A DNA stretch of 64,000 bases from Longimicrobiales bacterium. Its GTDB lineage: Bacteria > Gemmatimonadota > Gemmatimonadetes > Longimicrobiales > Gaopeijiaceae. Within the stretch, counting starts at the first letter, position 1. Each line of letters begins with the position of its first letter. A program made the translations under genes and the position numbers. The DNA is taken from contig CBDBCF010000001.1 in assembly GCA_965202985.1 (NCBI GenBank), forward strand, positions 1,984,001-2,048,000, given 5' to 3'. Shown in pieces: positions 29,725-39,482 of the stretch. Under the pieces are notes generated by a model. That model worked only from the letters and a program-made list of their open reading frames with translations. It was not told the DNA's origin and ran no database searches.

Positions 29725-30825
29725 ATGCAACCGCATCTAAGGCGACTTTCTGTGACCGGCTTCCGGTCGATGAGCAGAACCGCGCTGGACCTTCGGGGCC
29801 TCAACGTCCTGGTCGGGCCGAACGGCGCCGGCAAGAGCAACGTCGTAGCCTGCTTCAAGCTGATCAACGAAATGATGGGCAGACGGCTTCAGAAGCACTT
29901 GGCCACGACCGGACGGGCGAGCGCCAACCTCCACTTCGGCCCCGACCAGACGCCGGCGATGGAGATCGAACTCCAGTTCGAGGTGGAGAACGGAACCGAC
30001 GCGTACGTCATGAAGCTGGCTCGCGTGTTCGGGGACGCCATGGTGTTCGCGGACGAGACCCTGGTCTTTCACCAGGACGGCTACCCCACGCCCAAGGTGG
30101 TGCGCCTGGGGGCCGGTCATTCGGAGACGCTGCTGAGCGCCAAAGCCGAAGAAGGCGACATCACCGCGAAGACGCTGCGCTACCTGCTCAACCGATGTCG
30201 AGTCTTCGACTTTCACGACATGTCGCCCGAGGCGCGCGTTCGCCAGCGCTGCTCCGTGAGCGATCACCGCTGGATCATGCCCGACGCCGGAAACTTGGCG
30301 GCGGTGCTCTACCGGCTCCGGTCCGAGCGCCCCGCAGCCTACGAGGCCATCACCAACGAAGTCCGGCAGTTGGCGCCCTTCTTCGAAGACTTCGACCTGG
30401 CGCCCGGCGAGGCCGGCGGCATCGCCCTGAACTGGCGGCACCGAAGCGCCGACAAGGCGTTCGGCCCCCAGCAGTTCTCCGAAGGCACCCTCCGCGCCAT
30501 CTGTCTGATCGCCCTGCTGTTGCAGCCGCGCGAGAGCCGGCCCTTGGTGATCGTCGTGGACGAGCCGGAGATGGGGCTCCACCCGAAGGCGCTCGACTTG
30601 GTGGGCTCCCTGTTCCGTCGCGCCAGCCGGGAGACGCAGATCGTCGCATGCACGCAGTCCGCCGAGCTGGTCGACCTGTTCGACCCCGAAGACGTGCTGG
30701 TCGTGGACCGCATGAACGGAGCGACCACCTTCCATCGCCACGAAGAAGAGGCGCTGGAGCGGTGGATCGATTCCTACGTGGACGACGGCGCCGGCGACGA
30801 CGAGGCGGAAGACGACGACCGCTGA
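29725..30825 (+). CDS. Predicted ABC-type ATPase (COG4637-like)
   Basis: GPNGAGKSN, FSEGTLR, VVDEPEMGLHP, CTQS. Confidence 0.85.
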   Translation: MQPHLRRLSVTGFRSMSRTALDLRGLNVLVGPNGAGKSNVVACFKLINEMMGRRLQKHLATTGRASANLHFGPDQTPAMEIELQFEVENGTDAYVMKLARVFGDAMVFADETLVFHQDGYPTPKVVRLGAGHSETLLSAKAEEGDITAKTLRYLLNRCRVFDFHDMSPEARVRQRCSVSDHRWIMPDAGNLAAVLYRLRSERPAAYEAITNEVRQLAPFFEDFDLAPGEAGGIALNWRHRSADKAFGPQQFSEGTLRAICLIALLLQPRESRPLVIVVDEPEMGLHPKALDLVGSLFRRASRETQIVACTQSAELVDLFDPEDVLVVDRMNGATTFHRHEEEALERWIDSYVDDGAGDDEAEDDDR

Positions 30826-30859
30826 TCCGTTCGGGCCGTTCCTGGCCGCCAAGGGGTTC

Positions 30860-31819
30860 GTGCTCTTGGACGGCGGACTGGCCACCGAGCTGGAGGCCGC
30901 CGGCCACGACCTGAACGATCCCCTCTGGTCCGCCAAGGTGCTTCTGGAGGACCCGGAGGCCGTGGCCGCCGCGCACCGCTCGTTCCTGGAGGCCGGTGCA
31001 GACTGCATCTCCACGGTCACCTACCAAGCCACGTTCCCGGGCCTGACCCGGCGCGACATGACCGTCACGCAGGCCGAAAGCGTGTTCACGCGGGCGGTGG
31101 AACTGGCGGTTCAAGTCCGCGACGAGTTCTGGGCCGCGGCGCGCGGGTCCGGTCGAGCGGGCCCCCCTCGCCCCCTCGTGGCGGCGAGCGTGGGACCGTA
31201 CGGCGCCTTCCTGGCAGACGGCAGCGAGTACCGCGGCGGCTACGGGATCGGCGTCGCCGAACTGGACGCCTTCCACCGGGACCGCTGGCACCTGCTCGCG
31301 GCCGGCCCGGCCGACGTGATCGCGGCCGAGACCCTCCCGTGCCTGGACGAGGTCCGCGTGCTGGCGCGACTGGCGGCCGAAACCCCGTCCAAGCCCGCAT
31401 GGCTGAGCTTCTGCTGCCGCGAAGGTGCCCTGCTGGCCGACGGCGAAGCCTCGGTGGCCCAGGCGGGCGCGATCGCGGCCGAGTCCCCCGGCGTCTTCGC
31501 AACCGGTGTCAACTGCACGGCGCCGACCCACGTGCCCGAGGCGGCGGCAACTCTGGCGTCCGCGACGTCCAAACCCGTGCTCGCCTACCCGAACTCCGGC
31601 GGCGCCTACGATGCCGCTGGGAAGCGCTGGGACTCGGACGCGGACCGATTCGACTGGGAGCAGGCGTGCAGGAGTTGGGTGCAGGCCGGCGCCGTTGCCG
31701 TGGGCGGGTGCTGCCGCGTCAGCCCCTCCGCGATCCGACGCATGGGTGCGGCGCTGGCCGGCGCCGTCTCGGCGTCTCGGGGCGCGCCCCAGCTTCCCGG
31801 AGGCGCCGCCGGGCGTTAG
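30860..31819 (+). CDS. mmuM: Homocysteine S-methyltransferase (start may be near 30812)
   Basis: LDGGLATELE, SVGPYGA..DGSEY, GVNC, YPNSG, GGCCR. Confidence 0.92.
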   Translation: MLLDGGLATELEAAGHDLNDPLWSAKVLLEDPEAVAAAHRSFLEAGADCISTVTYQATFPGLTRRDMTVTQAESVFTRAVELAVQVRDEFWAAARGSGRAGPPRPLVAASVGPYGAFLADGSEYRGGYGIGVAELDAFHRDRWHLLAAGPADVIAAETLPCLDEVRVLARLAAETPSKPAWLSFCCREGALLADGEASVAQAGAIAAESPGVFATGVNCTAPTHVPEAAATLASATSKPVLAYPNSGGAYDAAGKRWDSDADRFDWEQACRSWVQAGAVAVGGCCRVSPSAIRRMGAALAGAVSASRGAPQLPGGAAGR

Positions 31820-31832
31820 CTTCCCTGCTTCT

Positions 31833-31906
31833 CGGGACGTGGCGCAGTCCGGTAGCGCACCTGAATGGGGTTCAGGGGGTCGCCGGTTCGAATCCGGCCG
31901 TCCCGA
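31833..31906 (+). tRNA. tRNA-Pro(GGG), CCA not encoded
   Basis: Acceptor CGGGACG/CGTCCCG, anticodon arm CCTGA-ATGGGGT-TCAGG, T loop GTTCGAATC. Confidence 0.95.
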
Positions 31907-31907
31907 T

Positions 31908-33785
31908 TCAAGGCAGGCCCCAGCTCAGCGCGATCTCCACGTCGCCGGACCGCTCGGTCCTTGCCAGCGCTCCGACCAAGGCGCCGTTCCAGTCTTGAAG
32001 GATCGCCCGAAGACGGCCCGTGGCGCGGTCGGTGATCATGGCCGCAGGAGCGCCGACGGAGCGTTCCAGGACGAAGAAGCCCTCGGGCCCCGAAAGGACC
32101 ACCTTGTCGAGCGCGCCGTCCCGCAGCGGGTCGTACGGGACCGTGAAGAGAAAGCGTCCGCCGCCGAACTCCACCGGACTGGCGTCGAAGCGAAACGAGA
32201 AGCTTTGCTCGCCGGCGGGACCCAGCCCCTCCAGGCGGTAGGGGCGTCCGGCGCCGACATCCGGGGCGAAGCCGGCGGACGGCATCCGAGGCGCCGCGTC
32301 CACCCAAAACGCCGGGTCCAGGCGCAGCTCTCCGCCCCCGGCGCTTCCCCACAGGAGCAGCGATTTCTGCGCGGGTGCGCTGGCGTTCTGCACCGGTGCG
32401 CGGGCGACAGGCCCGCCGGCAGGGACCCCGGCCCCTTCGGTCTTGATCCGGTACTCCATCGCGCGGACGAAGTGGTAGTCGCTGATCCAGGTGGGCTGGC
32501 AGTATCCCATTACGTCCCGGAACAGGGACGGGTTCACCAAGTGGTCGTGCCGAAAGTCGTACCCCCAGACGCCGATGCTGCCGCCCTGGTGGGGATATGC
32601 TTCGTCGGAGCCGGCCGCCCCGCCGCACGGCGCATGGCGGAGCCCCAGGTTGTGCCCCAGCTCGTGGGCGAGGGTTCGGCCGTCGGGCACGCCCACGCTG
32701 ATCCGGAAGTTGCCGATGTAGCCCAAGCCGTCCCAGGTCGACCCTTCGGGCGGCGCCACCGCGCCGTAGTAGTAGCCGGGCTCGCCGTCCCGGATGTGCA
32801 GGAAGGTGAGTTCGCCCAGGAGCCTGCCCCACCCGGCGCTGGTGGTCAGGTCCACCGACGTGGTGTACGGCTCGCGAACCGTGGCCCGCATCTCGCCGAT
32901 GGGAAGGGTGGCGCGGGCCAGGTGCACTTGGTCGCCGTCCTCGTTCAGGCCGCGCGTCCACTCCTGCACGCGCTGCCCGGAGTGCGACGCGATCATGACC
33001 GGCACCACCGTCAGGTCCAGGCGGCCCAAGGTCCGTACGTCCAAGGCGAAGCGCCCTCGGGCGGGCAGTCGCACTTGGCTGCCCGACGCCAGGGGCACCG
33101 TGCCGTCCCGGTCCAGCTCCACCACCATGCTTGTGCCCGGCTGCAAGACGTCCCCCGGCACGAGCGCGTTGTAGGAGCGGTCCATGCGGCTTTCGTCCAC
33201 GGCGCTGGGCAACAGCTCGGAGCCGGGACTCATCAGCGCGTTTCGGACCAGCCTGTCGCCCTGGAAGAAGAGGGCGTGAACCCGCGGCTGATAGAAGCTG
33301 AGCCGGTCGCCCGTCACGAAAACGCGAAGCAGCGCGTCGCGGCCCGCCACCAGAGGCACGTCGCCGTCGTCCGTCTGCACGCCCTGCGAAAGGTGGAACG
33401 CGGGTGCCGACAGCCGCACCTCGGTCGGGTTGACGCGCAGCCGGGTCGTGGTCGCGAGCCGCGCCACCTTCACCGAGACCTCGCCGTCCGCAAAGCCCCG
33501 GGCCTCCACCCAACCGTCGTCGGAGACCTGCACGCCCCCGCCCGAGCTCGAGCCGGACCAAGCGGGAGGCGCCCACGAGGGCGGCCCCTTCATGGGGTTG
33601 CCGGACTGGTCCAGCACCTGGACCCGGAACCGGACCCTGTCGCCCGCGACCAGCAGCGTGTCCGAGGGCACGATCGCCAGCGACGTGGGAACGTGCTTCG
33701 GCGCAAAGGTCAGGCCGTCGCAGCTTGCCGTGGCCAGCACTGCCAGCGCCGCCGCGGCAAACGGCCGGCGCCAGGGTTCAGCCAC
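31908..33785 (-). CDS. Lipoprotein zinc metalloprotease (M66-like) with Ig-like domain
   Basis: Lipobox ATASC; AHELGHNLGLRHAPCG; DVMGYC Met-turn. Confidence 0.82.
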   Translation of the reverse strand: MAEPWRRPFAAAALAVLATASCDGLTFAPKHVPTSLAIVPSDTLLVAGDRVRFRVQVLDQSGNPMKGPPSWAPPAWSGSSSGGGVQVSDDGWVEARGFADGEVSVKVARLATTTRLRVNPTEVRLSAPAFHLSQGVQTDDGDVPLVAGRDALLRVFVTGDRLSFYQPRVHALFFQGDRLVRNALMSPGSELLPSAVDESRMDRSYNALVPGDVLQPGTSMVVELDRDGTVPLASGSQVRLPARGRFALDVRTLGRLDLTVVPVMIASHSGQRVQEWTRGLNEDGDQVHLARATLPIGEMRATVREPYTTSVDLTTSAGWGRLLGELTFLHIRDGEPGYYYGAVAPPEGSTWDGLGYIGNFRISVGVPDGRTLAHELGHNLGLRHAPCGGAAGSDEAYPHQGGSIGVWGYDFRHDHLVNPSLFRDVMGYCQPTWISDYHFVRAMEYRIKTEGAGVPAGGPVARAPVQNASAPAQKSLLLWGSAGGGELRLDPAFWVDAAPRMPSAGFAPDVGAGRPYRLEGLGPAGEQSFSFRFDASPVEFGGGRFLFTVPYDPLRDGALDKVVLSGPEGFFVLERSVGAPAAMITDRATGRLRAILQDWNGALVGALARTERSGDVEIALSWGLP

Positions 33786-34380
33786 CGCCGATGCGATAGG
33801 CCAAGCCCACGTCCAGCGCCAGGGCGACGGCTTGGTCCGACTCCGAAGCCGTGTTGGCGGACATCCACCGATAAGAGATGCCGGGCATGAACTGCAACCG
33901 CCCCGAGCCGATGCGGAGGCCGCCCGCTCCCAAGACGCCCACGCCGAAGCTGGACGCGTCCCCGTCGGTCCCGGCGCTGGCGACGCCCGCCATCAGCCCC
34001 AATCGCAACCATGGACCGCCGCTTCCCCACTCGGCGCCGACGGCGGCGTGGTTGCCCGTGACCCCGACGTCCTGGTCGGCGCAGTAGCCTTCTTCGCACC
34101 CGAACGATGTGCGGTAGTAGCCGGCGAAGAGGGCGATTCGAGGCCACATCTGCCGACGGACCGCCAAGTCGAACGACAGGGAAGGGTCGATGTCCAGGGC
34201 CGCCGCCGAGCCGCTGTGGCTGCCCACGGTGAGACCCGCGCGAAACTCGACCTGCATGGGCTGGGATGCGCCGTTCTCCTCTTGGGCGGTCGCGAAGACG
34301 GGGCCCAACGCCGCCGTCAGGGCGCAGGCGATCGCGGCCGTCGCCGGCGCTCGAAGGCGCTTGGATGTTCGCCGGCTCAC
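33778..34380 (-). CDS. Small outer-membrane beta-barrel protein
   Basis: Signal peptide ending ATA-Q; about 8 amphipathic strands; ends GLAYRIGG. Confidence 0.7.
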   Translation of the reverse strand: MSRRTSKRLRAPATAAIACALTAALGPVFATAQEENGASQPMQVEFRAGLTVGSHSGSAAALDIDPSLSFDLAVRRQMWPRIALFAGYYRTSFGCEEGYCADQDVGVTGNHAAVGAEWGSGGPWLRLGLMAGVASAGTDGDASSFGVGVLGAGGLRIGSGRLQFMPGISYRWMSANTASESDQAVALALDVGLAYRIGGG

Positions 34381-36242
34381 GGACGTCCCACGGGCAGGCC
34401 GTCGCTGAGCAGCACTTCGGCGTCGGCGTCCGCTCGCAGCGCCGCGGCGTCCGTCCAGTTGCGGACGATCGCGCGCACCTGACCGCTGGTTCGGTCGCGC
34501 ACGATCGCCGCCAAGCGGGCGCCGCCGCTCGTCATGACCGCCTCGCCTTCGGGGCCCGACAACACGATGCGCTCCAGCGCGCCGTCTCGAGCGCGGTCGT
34601 AGGGAAGGACGAACATGAAGTGCGCACCGCCGTGCTCCACGGGGTCGGGCGCGAAGGCGAAGTCGTACAGGGAGCGGCCGCCGGCGCCTCGGACCTGCAA
34701 GCGGTAGGGGCCGGGGCCGTCGAGCGTCGGCATGGTCGCTTGGGCGTCCATCGCGAAGGCGGGCTCGAGCATCAGCTCGCCGTTCCCGGCGCTTCCCCAC
34801 ACCAAGAGGGCCGGTTGGGTCCGGGCGACGGTCGACGCGGGCTGCGCAGTCGAGGCGAGCGGCCCCTTCACCCGCGGCGTGGAAGGCGTCTGCGGCTCGT
34901 TGTTCAGCCGGTGATCGACGGCCCTGGCGAAGTGATAGTCGCTTACCCAGTTCGAGTTGCAGTATCCCATGAAGTCGTTGAACCGGTCGGGGTCGACCAG
35001 TCTGCCTTCGCGGAACTTGTAGCCCCAGACGCCGATCTTGCCGCTGTCGTACGGGTAGTTGATGTCGGGGTTGCCCGCCCCGCCGCACGGCGCATGAAGC
35101 AGGCTCATGTTGTGCCCCAGTTCGTGCGCGAAGGTGTCGCCCGAAGGCCTTCCCACGCTGGCCCTGGGGCATCCCTCGCATCCGATGTAGCCCAGGCCGC
35201 CCCACTGGGAGCCCGGCGGCAGCACAACCACGCCGTAGTAGTAGCCGACTCGACCTTCCAGTCGCCAGAGCGCGGCGATCTCCCGCAGGAACGTGGACCA
35301 GCCGGGACCCGTGGTCAGGTCGGCGGAGGTGTAGAACTCCTCGTGCACGGCAACCCTCATGTCGCCGATCGGCAGGTAGGAGCGCGCCAGCTCCATCTGG
35401 GAGCTCTCCGGCGTCAGGTTGCGGGTCCAGCCGAACACCCGCTCGTCCGGCGCGTCCTCGAGCAACACAGGCACCACCGTGATGTCCAGCCGGGGCATGG
35501 TGTGCACGTCCAGCGGCATCCGACCGTCGGCCGGCACCCGAGTCGCGCTCCCCGGCGCCAGCGGCACCGCGTCTTCGGTGTCAAGCTCCACCACCAGCTC
35601 CACGCCGGGCTGCATGACCTCGGCGGGAATGCGCGCGTTGAACGAACGGTCCAGCCGGCCCTCGACCACTTCGTCGGGGATCAGAAGCCCCGGCAACATG
35701 ATGGCCTGGTGGATCTGTTCGTCTTCGTGGTAAAAGGTGGCGCGCACCGTGGGCTGGTAGAAGCTCAGCTCGTCGCCGGTCGCGAAGACGCGAAGCAGCG
35801 CCTCCCGTCCCGCCACCAAAGGCACGGCGCCGTCGACGTTCTGGATGCCCTGCGTCAGGTAGACGGCGCCGGCGGACAGGGCCACGCTGCTGGGGTTGAT
35901 CCGCAACCGCGTCCACGCTTCCAGGCCGGCCAGCTTCGCCGTCAGGTTCACGTAGCCGCCCCGGAGCGGCGTGGCCGTCCCGTCCCTTTCCACCGACACC
36001 ACGTCCGGGTCGGACAGGGTCCACACGGGTTGCGCCCACGACGGCGGGCCGTCCATGGCGTTGCCGTCCTGGTCCTCGACGGTGACGCGAATGCGCACCT
36101 GGTCGCCTTCCGTGACCAAGCTGTCGAAGGGGGCCAGCGACATCGACGACGGAACCCGACTCGGCTCCAGCGCCAAGTGCTCGCACGCAGTTGCGCCCGC
36201 GAGCATCACGAGTCCGGAGACAAATCCGCGAATTGTATTCAT
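34377..36242 (-). CDS. Lipoprotein zinc metalloprotease (M66-like), paralogue of 31908..33785
   Basis: Lipobox ATAC; AHELGHNMSLLHAPCG; DFMGYC. Confidence 0.82.
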   Translation of the reverse strand: MNTIRGFVSGLVMLAGATACEHLALEPSRVPSSMSLAPFDSLVTEGDQVRIRVTVEDQDGNAMDGPPSWAQPVWTLSDPDVVSVERDGTATPLRGGYVNLTAKLAGLEAWTRLRINPSSVALSAGAVYLTQGIQNVDGAVPLVAGREALLRVFATGDELSFYQPTVRATFYHEDEQIHQAIMLPGLLIPDEVVEGRLDRSFNARIPAEVMQPGVELVVELDTEDAVPLAPGSATRVPADGRMPLDVHTMPRLDITVVPVLLEDAPDERVFGWTRNLTPESSQMELARSYLPIGDMRVAVHEEFYTSADLTTGPGWSTFLREIAALWRLEGRVGYYYGVVVLPPGSQWGGLGYIGCEGCPRASVGRPSGDTFAHELGHNMSLLHAPCGGAGNPDINYPYDSGKIGVWGYKFREGRLVDPDRFNDFMGYCNSNWVSDYHFARAVDHRLNNEPQTPSTPRVKGPLASTAQPASTVARTQPALLVWGSAGNGELMLEPAFAMDAQATMPTLDGPGPYRLQVRGAGGRSLYDFAFAPDPVEHGGAHFMFVLPYDRARDGALERIVLSGPEGEAVMTSGGARLAAIVRDRTSGQVRAIVRNWTDAAALRADADAEVLLSDGLPVGRP

Positions 36243-37201
36243 GACGGCAACGTAGCGACTCCTTCCTTGGCGGGCGAACGGGCCGGCTCGGCGGGCAGAC
36301 CGGGCGACTCGGCGGGCGAACGGGGCGGCCTTGCCGGCGCGAGGGGCGCCGATTCGCGGATCTTCACGTTGCGGAACCACACGGGGTCGCCGTGGTCCTG
36401 AAGGCCGACGTGACCTGACGGGGCCATGCCGTAGCCCGGCCACTCGCCGAACTTGCTGGCCGCGACCAGGCGACGCCAAGCGTCCGACCACAGCTCGTAG
36501 GAGACGATGCGCGCGCCGTTGAGCCAGTGCTCGACGCGGGGACCGCGAACCACGATGCGCGCATGGTTCCACTCGCCGGCGCGCCGCGCCGCGTCTTCGG
36601 AGGGGGCGTGAAGCCCGTAGTTGGCGCCGGCGGAGGTCTTGGGGGCGCTGCCGTCGGGGTGGGCCGCGTTGTCGAGGAGCTGCATCTCGGGGCCGGTCCA
36701 GTAGGGAGTTCGCTCGGTCTCGGTGAGGCGGAAGAAGACGCCGCTGTTGCCGCCGGGGCCGACCTTCCACTCCAGCGACAGCTCGAAGTCGGCGAACATG
36801 TCCGTCGTGATCAGGTCGGCTGGGCGTGCGGGGCCGTCCTGGGCGCCATCCCTTTCGAGCGGTGCGAACGCGAGCGTGCCGTCCGTAGCCGACCAGCCCG
36901 GCGCGACGCCCTCCATGCGGTAGCCGCGCCAGCCGGCCAGGCTGCTGCCGTCGAACAGGAGTCGCCAACCCGCCGCTTCCTCTTCGGGCGTGAGCCGATT
37001 GTGAACGGGCTCTTGCGAGTGCGACTGGTGGGGGTGCGACTGGACTTGCGCGTGCGACTGGACTTGCGCGTCCGGTCGGGGCTCGGGCGCGGGAACAGGT
37101 GCCGGCTTCGCCTGGGTTGCCGCGCCGGATGCCCAAGTCGCGCAAACCACGCAGAACGCGCAGGTCGCGCAGAACGCCATGCGACTCCAAGTCCACTTCA
37201 T
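36239..37201 (-). CDS. DUF1080 (3-keto-disaccharide hydrolase-like) protein
   Basis: GWRLLFDG, GNSGVFF, GPEMQLLD, GEWN, LQDHG..FRNVKIR. Confidence 0.9.
   Translation of the reverse strand: MKWTWSRMAFCATCAFCVVCATWASGAATQAKPAPVPAPEPRPDAQVQSHAQVQSHPHQSHSQEPVHNRLTPEEEAAGWRLLFDGSSLAGWRGYRMEGVAPGWSATDGTLAFAPLERDGAQDGPARPADLITTDMFADFELSLEWKVGPGGNSGVFFRLTETERTPYWTGPEMQLLDNAAHPDGSAPKTSAGANYGLHAPSEDAARRAGEWNHARIVVRGPRVEHWLNGARIVSYELWSDAWRRLVAASKFGEWPGYGMAPSGHVGLQDHGDPVWFRNVKIRESAPLAPARPPRSPAESPGLPAEPARSPAKEGVATLPS
37034..37069 (-). repeat. 18-bp tandem repeat encoding AQVQSH x2
   Basis: GTGCGACTGGACTTGCGC x2 on + strand; partial third copy near 37019. Confidence 0.9.
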
Positions 37202-37221
37202 CTTTCGTGCTCCTTAGCAGC

Positions 37222-38247
37222 TTATGGCTGGCGATTCTCCTTGAATGCAGCGTCGAACGCCGCCTGGGCCGGGGGGAAGTCCAGCCGGCGAACGAACCGG
37301 CAAGCCTCGGCGGCGCCGTGCTCGCGATCCATCTCGGGGTCCTCCCACTCTACCGACAAGGGGCCCCGATAGCCGGTCCGCGCAAGGGCTCGCGCGACCG
37401 CCTCGAAGTCGACGCGCCCTCTGCCGGGCGAGCGGAAGTCCCAGAAGCGGCGGGGGTCGCCGAACGCCGTGTGGCCGCCGAAGACGCCCGCCCGAGCCGG
37501 CTGCCGCGACCACCACACGTCCTTGACGTGAACATGGTGCACGCGCTCGCCGAACCGGGCCGCGAACCCTACGTAGTCCACGCCTTGATACGCAAGGTGG
37601 CTGGGGTCGTAGTTGAAGCCGAACGCCGCGTGGCCGTCCAGCGCGTCCAGCGCGCGTTGGGCGGTGACCCAGTCGAATGCGATCTCGGTGGGGTGGACCT
37701 CCAGGGCGAAGCGAACGCTTTCCTGGGCGAATGCGTCCAGCACCGGCGTCCACGCGTCAGCGAAGGCGCGGAAGCCGTCGTCGATGCGCTCGGGCGGGAC
37801 CGGCGGAAACGAGTACAGCAGGTGCCACACGGGACTGCCGGTAAAGCCGTTCACCACCCCGACCCCCAGGCGCGCCGCCGCTCGGGCCGTGTCCTTCATC
37901 TCTTGCGCCGCCCGTCGCCGCACGCCGTCCGGGTCGCCGTCCCCCCAAACGCGGGCCGGCAAGATCGCGCGATGCCGGTCGTCGATCCTGTCGCACACCG
38001 CTTGGCCCGTCAGGTGGTTGCTGATCGCCCAGACGCCCAGGCCGTGGCGCGCCAGCAGCTCCCGCCGCCCGCGGCAGTAGTCCGGGTCCGCCAACGCCGC
38101 CTGCACGTCGAAGTGGCCGCCCCAGCACGCCAGTTCCAGGCCGTCGTAGCCCCAGGCCGCCGCCTTCTCCGCCAGCACTTCCAGAGGCATGTCGGCCCAT
38201 TGCCCGGTGAAGAGGGTGACGGGGCGCTTGGGGGCGGCCTCCGTCAC
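37222..38247 (-). CDS. Xylose-isomerase-like TIM barrel (sugar isomerase/hydratase)
   Basis: [35 protein letters not shown]. Confidence 0.9.
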   Translation of the reverse strand: MTEAAPKRPVTLFTGQWADMPLEVLAEKAAAWGYDGLELACWGGHFDVQAALADPDYCRGRRELLARHGLGVWAISNHLTGQAVCDRIDDRHRAILPARVWGDGDPDGVRRRAAQEMKDTARAAARLGVGVVNGFTGSPVWHLLYSFPPVPPERIDDGFRAFADAWTPVLDAFAQESVRFALEVHPTEIAFDWVTAQRALDALDGHAAFGFNYDPSHLAYQGVDYVGFAARFGERVHHVHVKDVWWSRQPARAGVFGGHTAFGDPRRFWDFRSPGRGRVDFEAVARALARTGYRGPLSVEWEDPEMDREHGAAEACRFVRRLDFPPAQAAFDAAFKENRQP

Positions 38248-39482
38248 GGGGCCGCGTCTCCCGCGACCGGTCCCGAGGCGGCCAAGGTTCCCGCGGCTGC
38301 GGCGTCTCCCGAGGCGCGCGCGTCTCCCGGCGCCGTCCAACGCCCGCCGCTCGCGGACCGGAGCACCGCATCCACGAACTCCACCCCGCGAACGCCGTCT
38401 TCGTGATCGGGAAAGTCCCTGGGTCCGGCGTCCGTTCCGGCCATTGCCGCGCCCACTGCGCGCCCCGCGTTCCGGTACACGTTGGCGAACGCTTCCACGA
38501 ACCCTTCCGGGTGGCCGGGCGGAAGGCGCGCGGCGTCGCGGGCCGCGTCCGACAGATACGGACTCCCTCGCGTCAGCGTCCGCCGGGGCTCGGCGTCGAA
38601 CAGCAGGCGCAGCTCGTCGGGCCGCTCCTGGCGCCAGTCCAGTCCGCCCTTGTCGCCGTAGACGCGCAAGCGCAGGCCGTTCTCTTCGCCCGCGCACACC
38701 TGGCTGACGTGAAAGACGCCCCGCGCGCCGCCGTCGAAACGCACAAGGATGCCCGCGTCGTCTTCCATCGACCGCCCAGGCACCAGGCGACCCAAGTCGG
38801 CGAAGACCGATTCGATCTCCAGTCCGGTGACGTAGTGCACCAGGTTTTGCATGTGGGACCCGATGTCGGCCACGGCCGAAGACGGCCCGGCCCGCGCGGG
38901 GTCCAGTCGCCACGCCGCCTGCTTGTGCCCCGTGTCCTCCAAGCGGTCCGACAGCCAGCCTTGGGCGTACTCCGCGACCACCTTGCGCACCGTCCCCAGG
39001 CGCCGGGCCCGCACTTGGCGCCGGGCCTCCTTGGCCATGGGGTAGCCCGTGTAGTTGTGCGTCAGGGCGAAGACGCGCCCCGTCCCGACCACGGTGTCGC
39101 GCAGCGCTCGGGCGCCGGCCACGGTCGCGGTCATCGGCTTGTCGCACACGACGTGAAAGCCGGCCTCCAGGAACGCCGTCGCGACGGGCCGGTGCAGCCG
39201 GTTCGGCACGACGACGGCCACGGCGTCAATGGCGTCTCCCTCGGGTCCCAGGGCCGATTCGGCCATGGCCATTTCCCGGTAGTCGCCGTAGACCCGGGCC
39301 GAGTCCAGTCCCAGTTCCCGTCCCTGCTCCCGCGACCGCTCCGGCGACGCCGAAAACGCGCCGGCCACCAACTCCCATTCGCCGTCCAGCGCCGCCGCCA
39401 TGCGGTGCACCGACCCGATGAAAGCGCCCGGTCCACCGCCGACCATGCCGTAGCGCAGCTTCCGGCCCAGGAAGGGGTTCAG
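38244..39482 (-). CDS. Gfo/Idh/MocA oxidoreductase, probable CTG start
   Basis: [32 protein letters not shown] precedes CTG overlapping the MFS stop. Confidence 0.9.
   Translation of the reverse strand: MNPFLGRKLRYGMVGGGPGAFIGSVHRMAAALDGEWELVAGAFSASPERSREQGRELGLDSARVYGDYREMAMAESALGPEGDAIDAVAVVVPNRLHRPVATAFLEAGFHVVCDKPMTATVAGARALRDTVVGTGRVFALTHNYTGYPMAKEARRQVRARRLGTVRKVVAEYAQGWLSDRLEDTGHKQAAWRLDPARAGPSSAVADIGSHMQNLVHYVTGLEIESVFADLGRLVPGRSMEDDAGILVRFDGGARGVFHVSQVCAGEENGLRLRVYGDKGGLDWRQERPDELRLLFDAEPRRTLTRGSPYLSDAARDAARLPPGHPEGFVEAFANVYRNAGRAVGAAMAGTDAGPRDFPDHEDGVRGVEFVDAVLRSASGGRWTAPGDARASGDAAAAGTLAASGPVAGDAAP

Noticed and set aside
31880..31906. tRNA 3' end as attL/attR of an island within the window
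   Set aside because: No second copy or integrase seen by eye
34377..37196. 939-aa extended protease
   Set aside because: Extension is off-frame over DUF1080; lipoprotein signal begins at 36242
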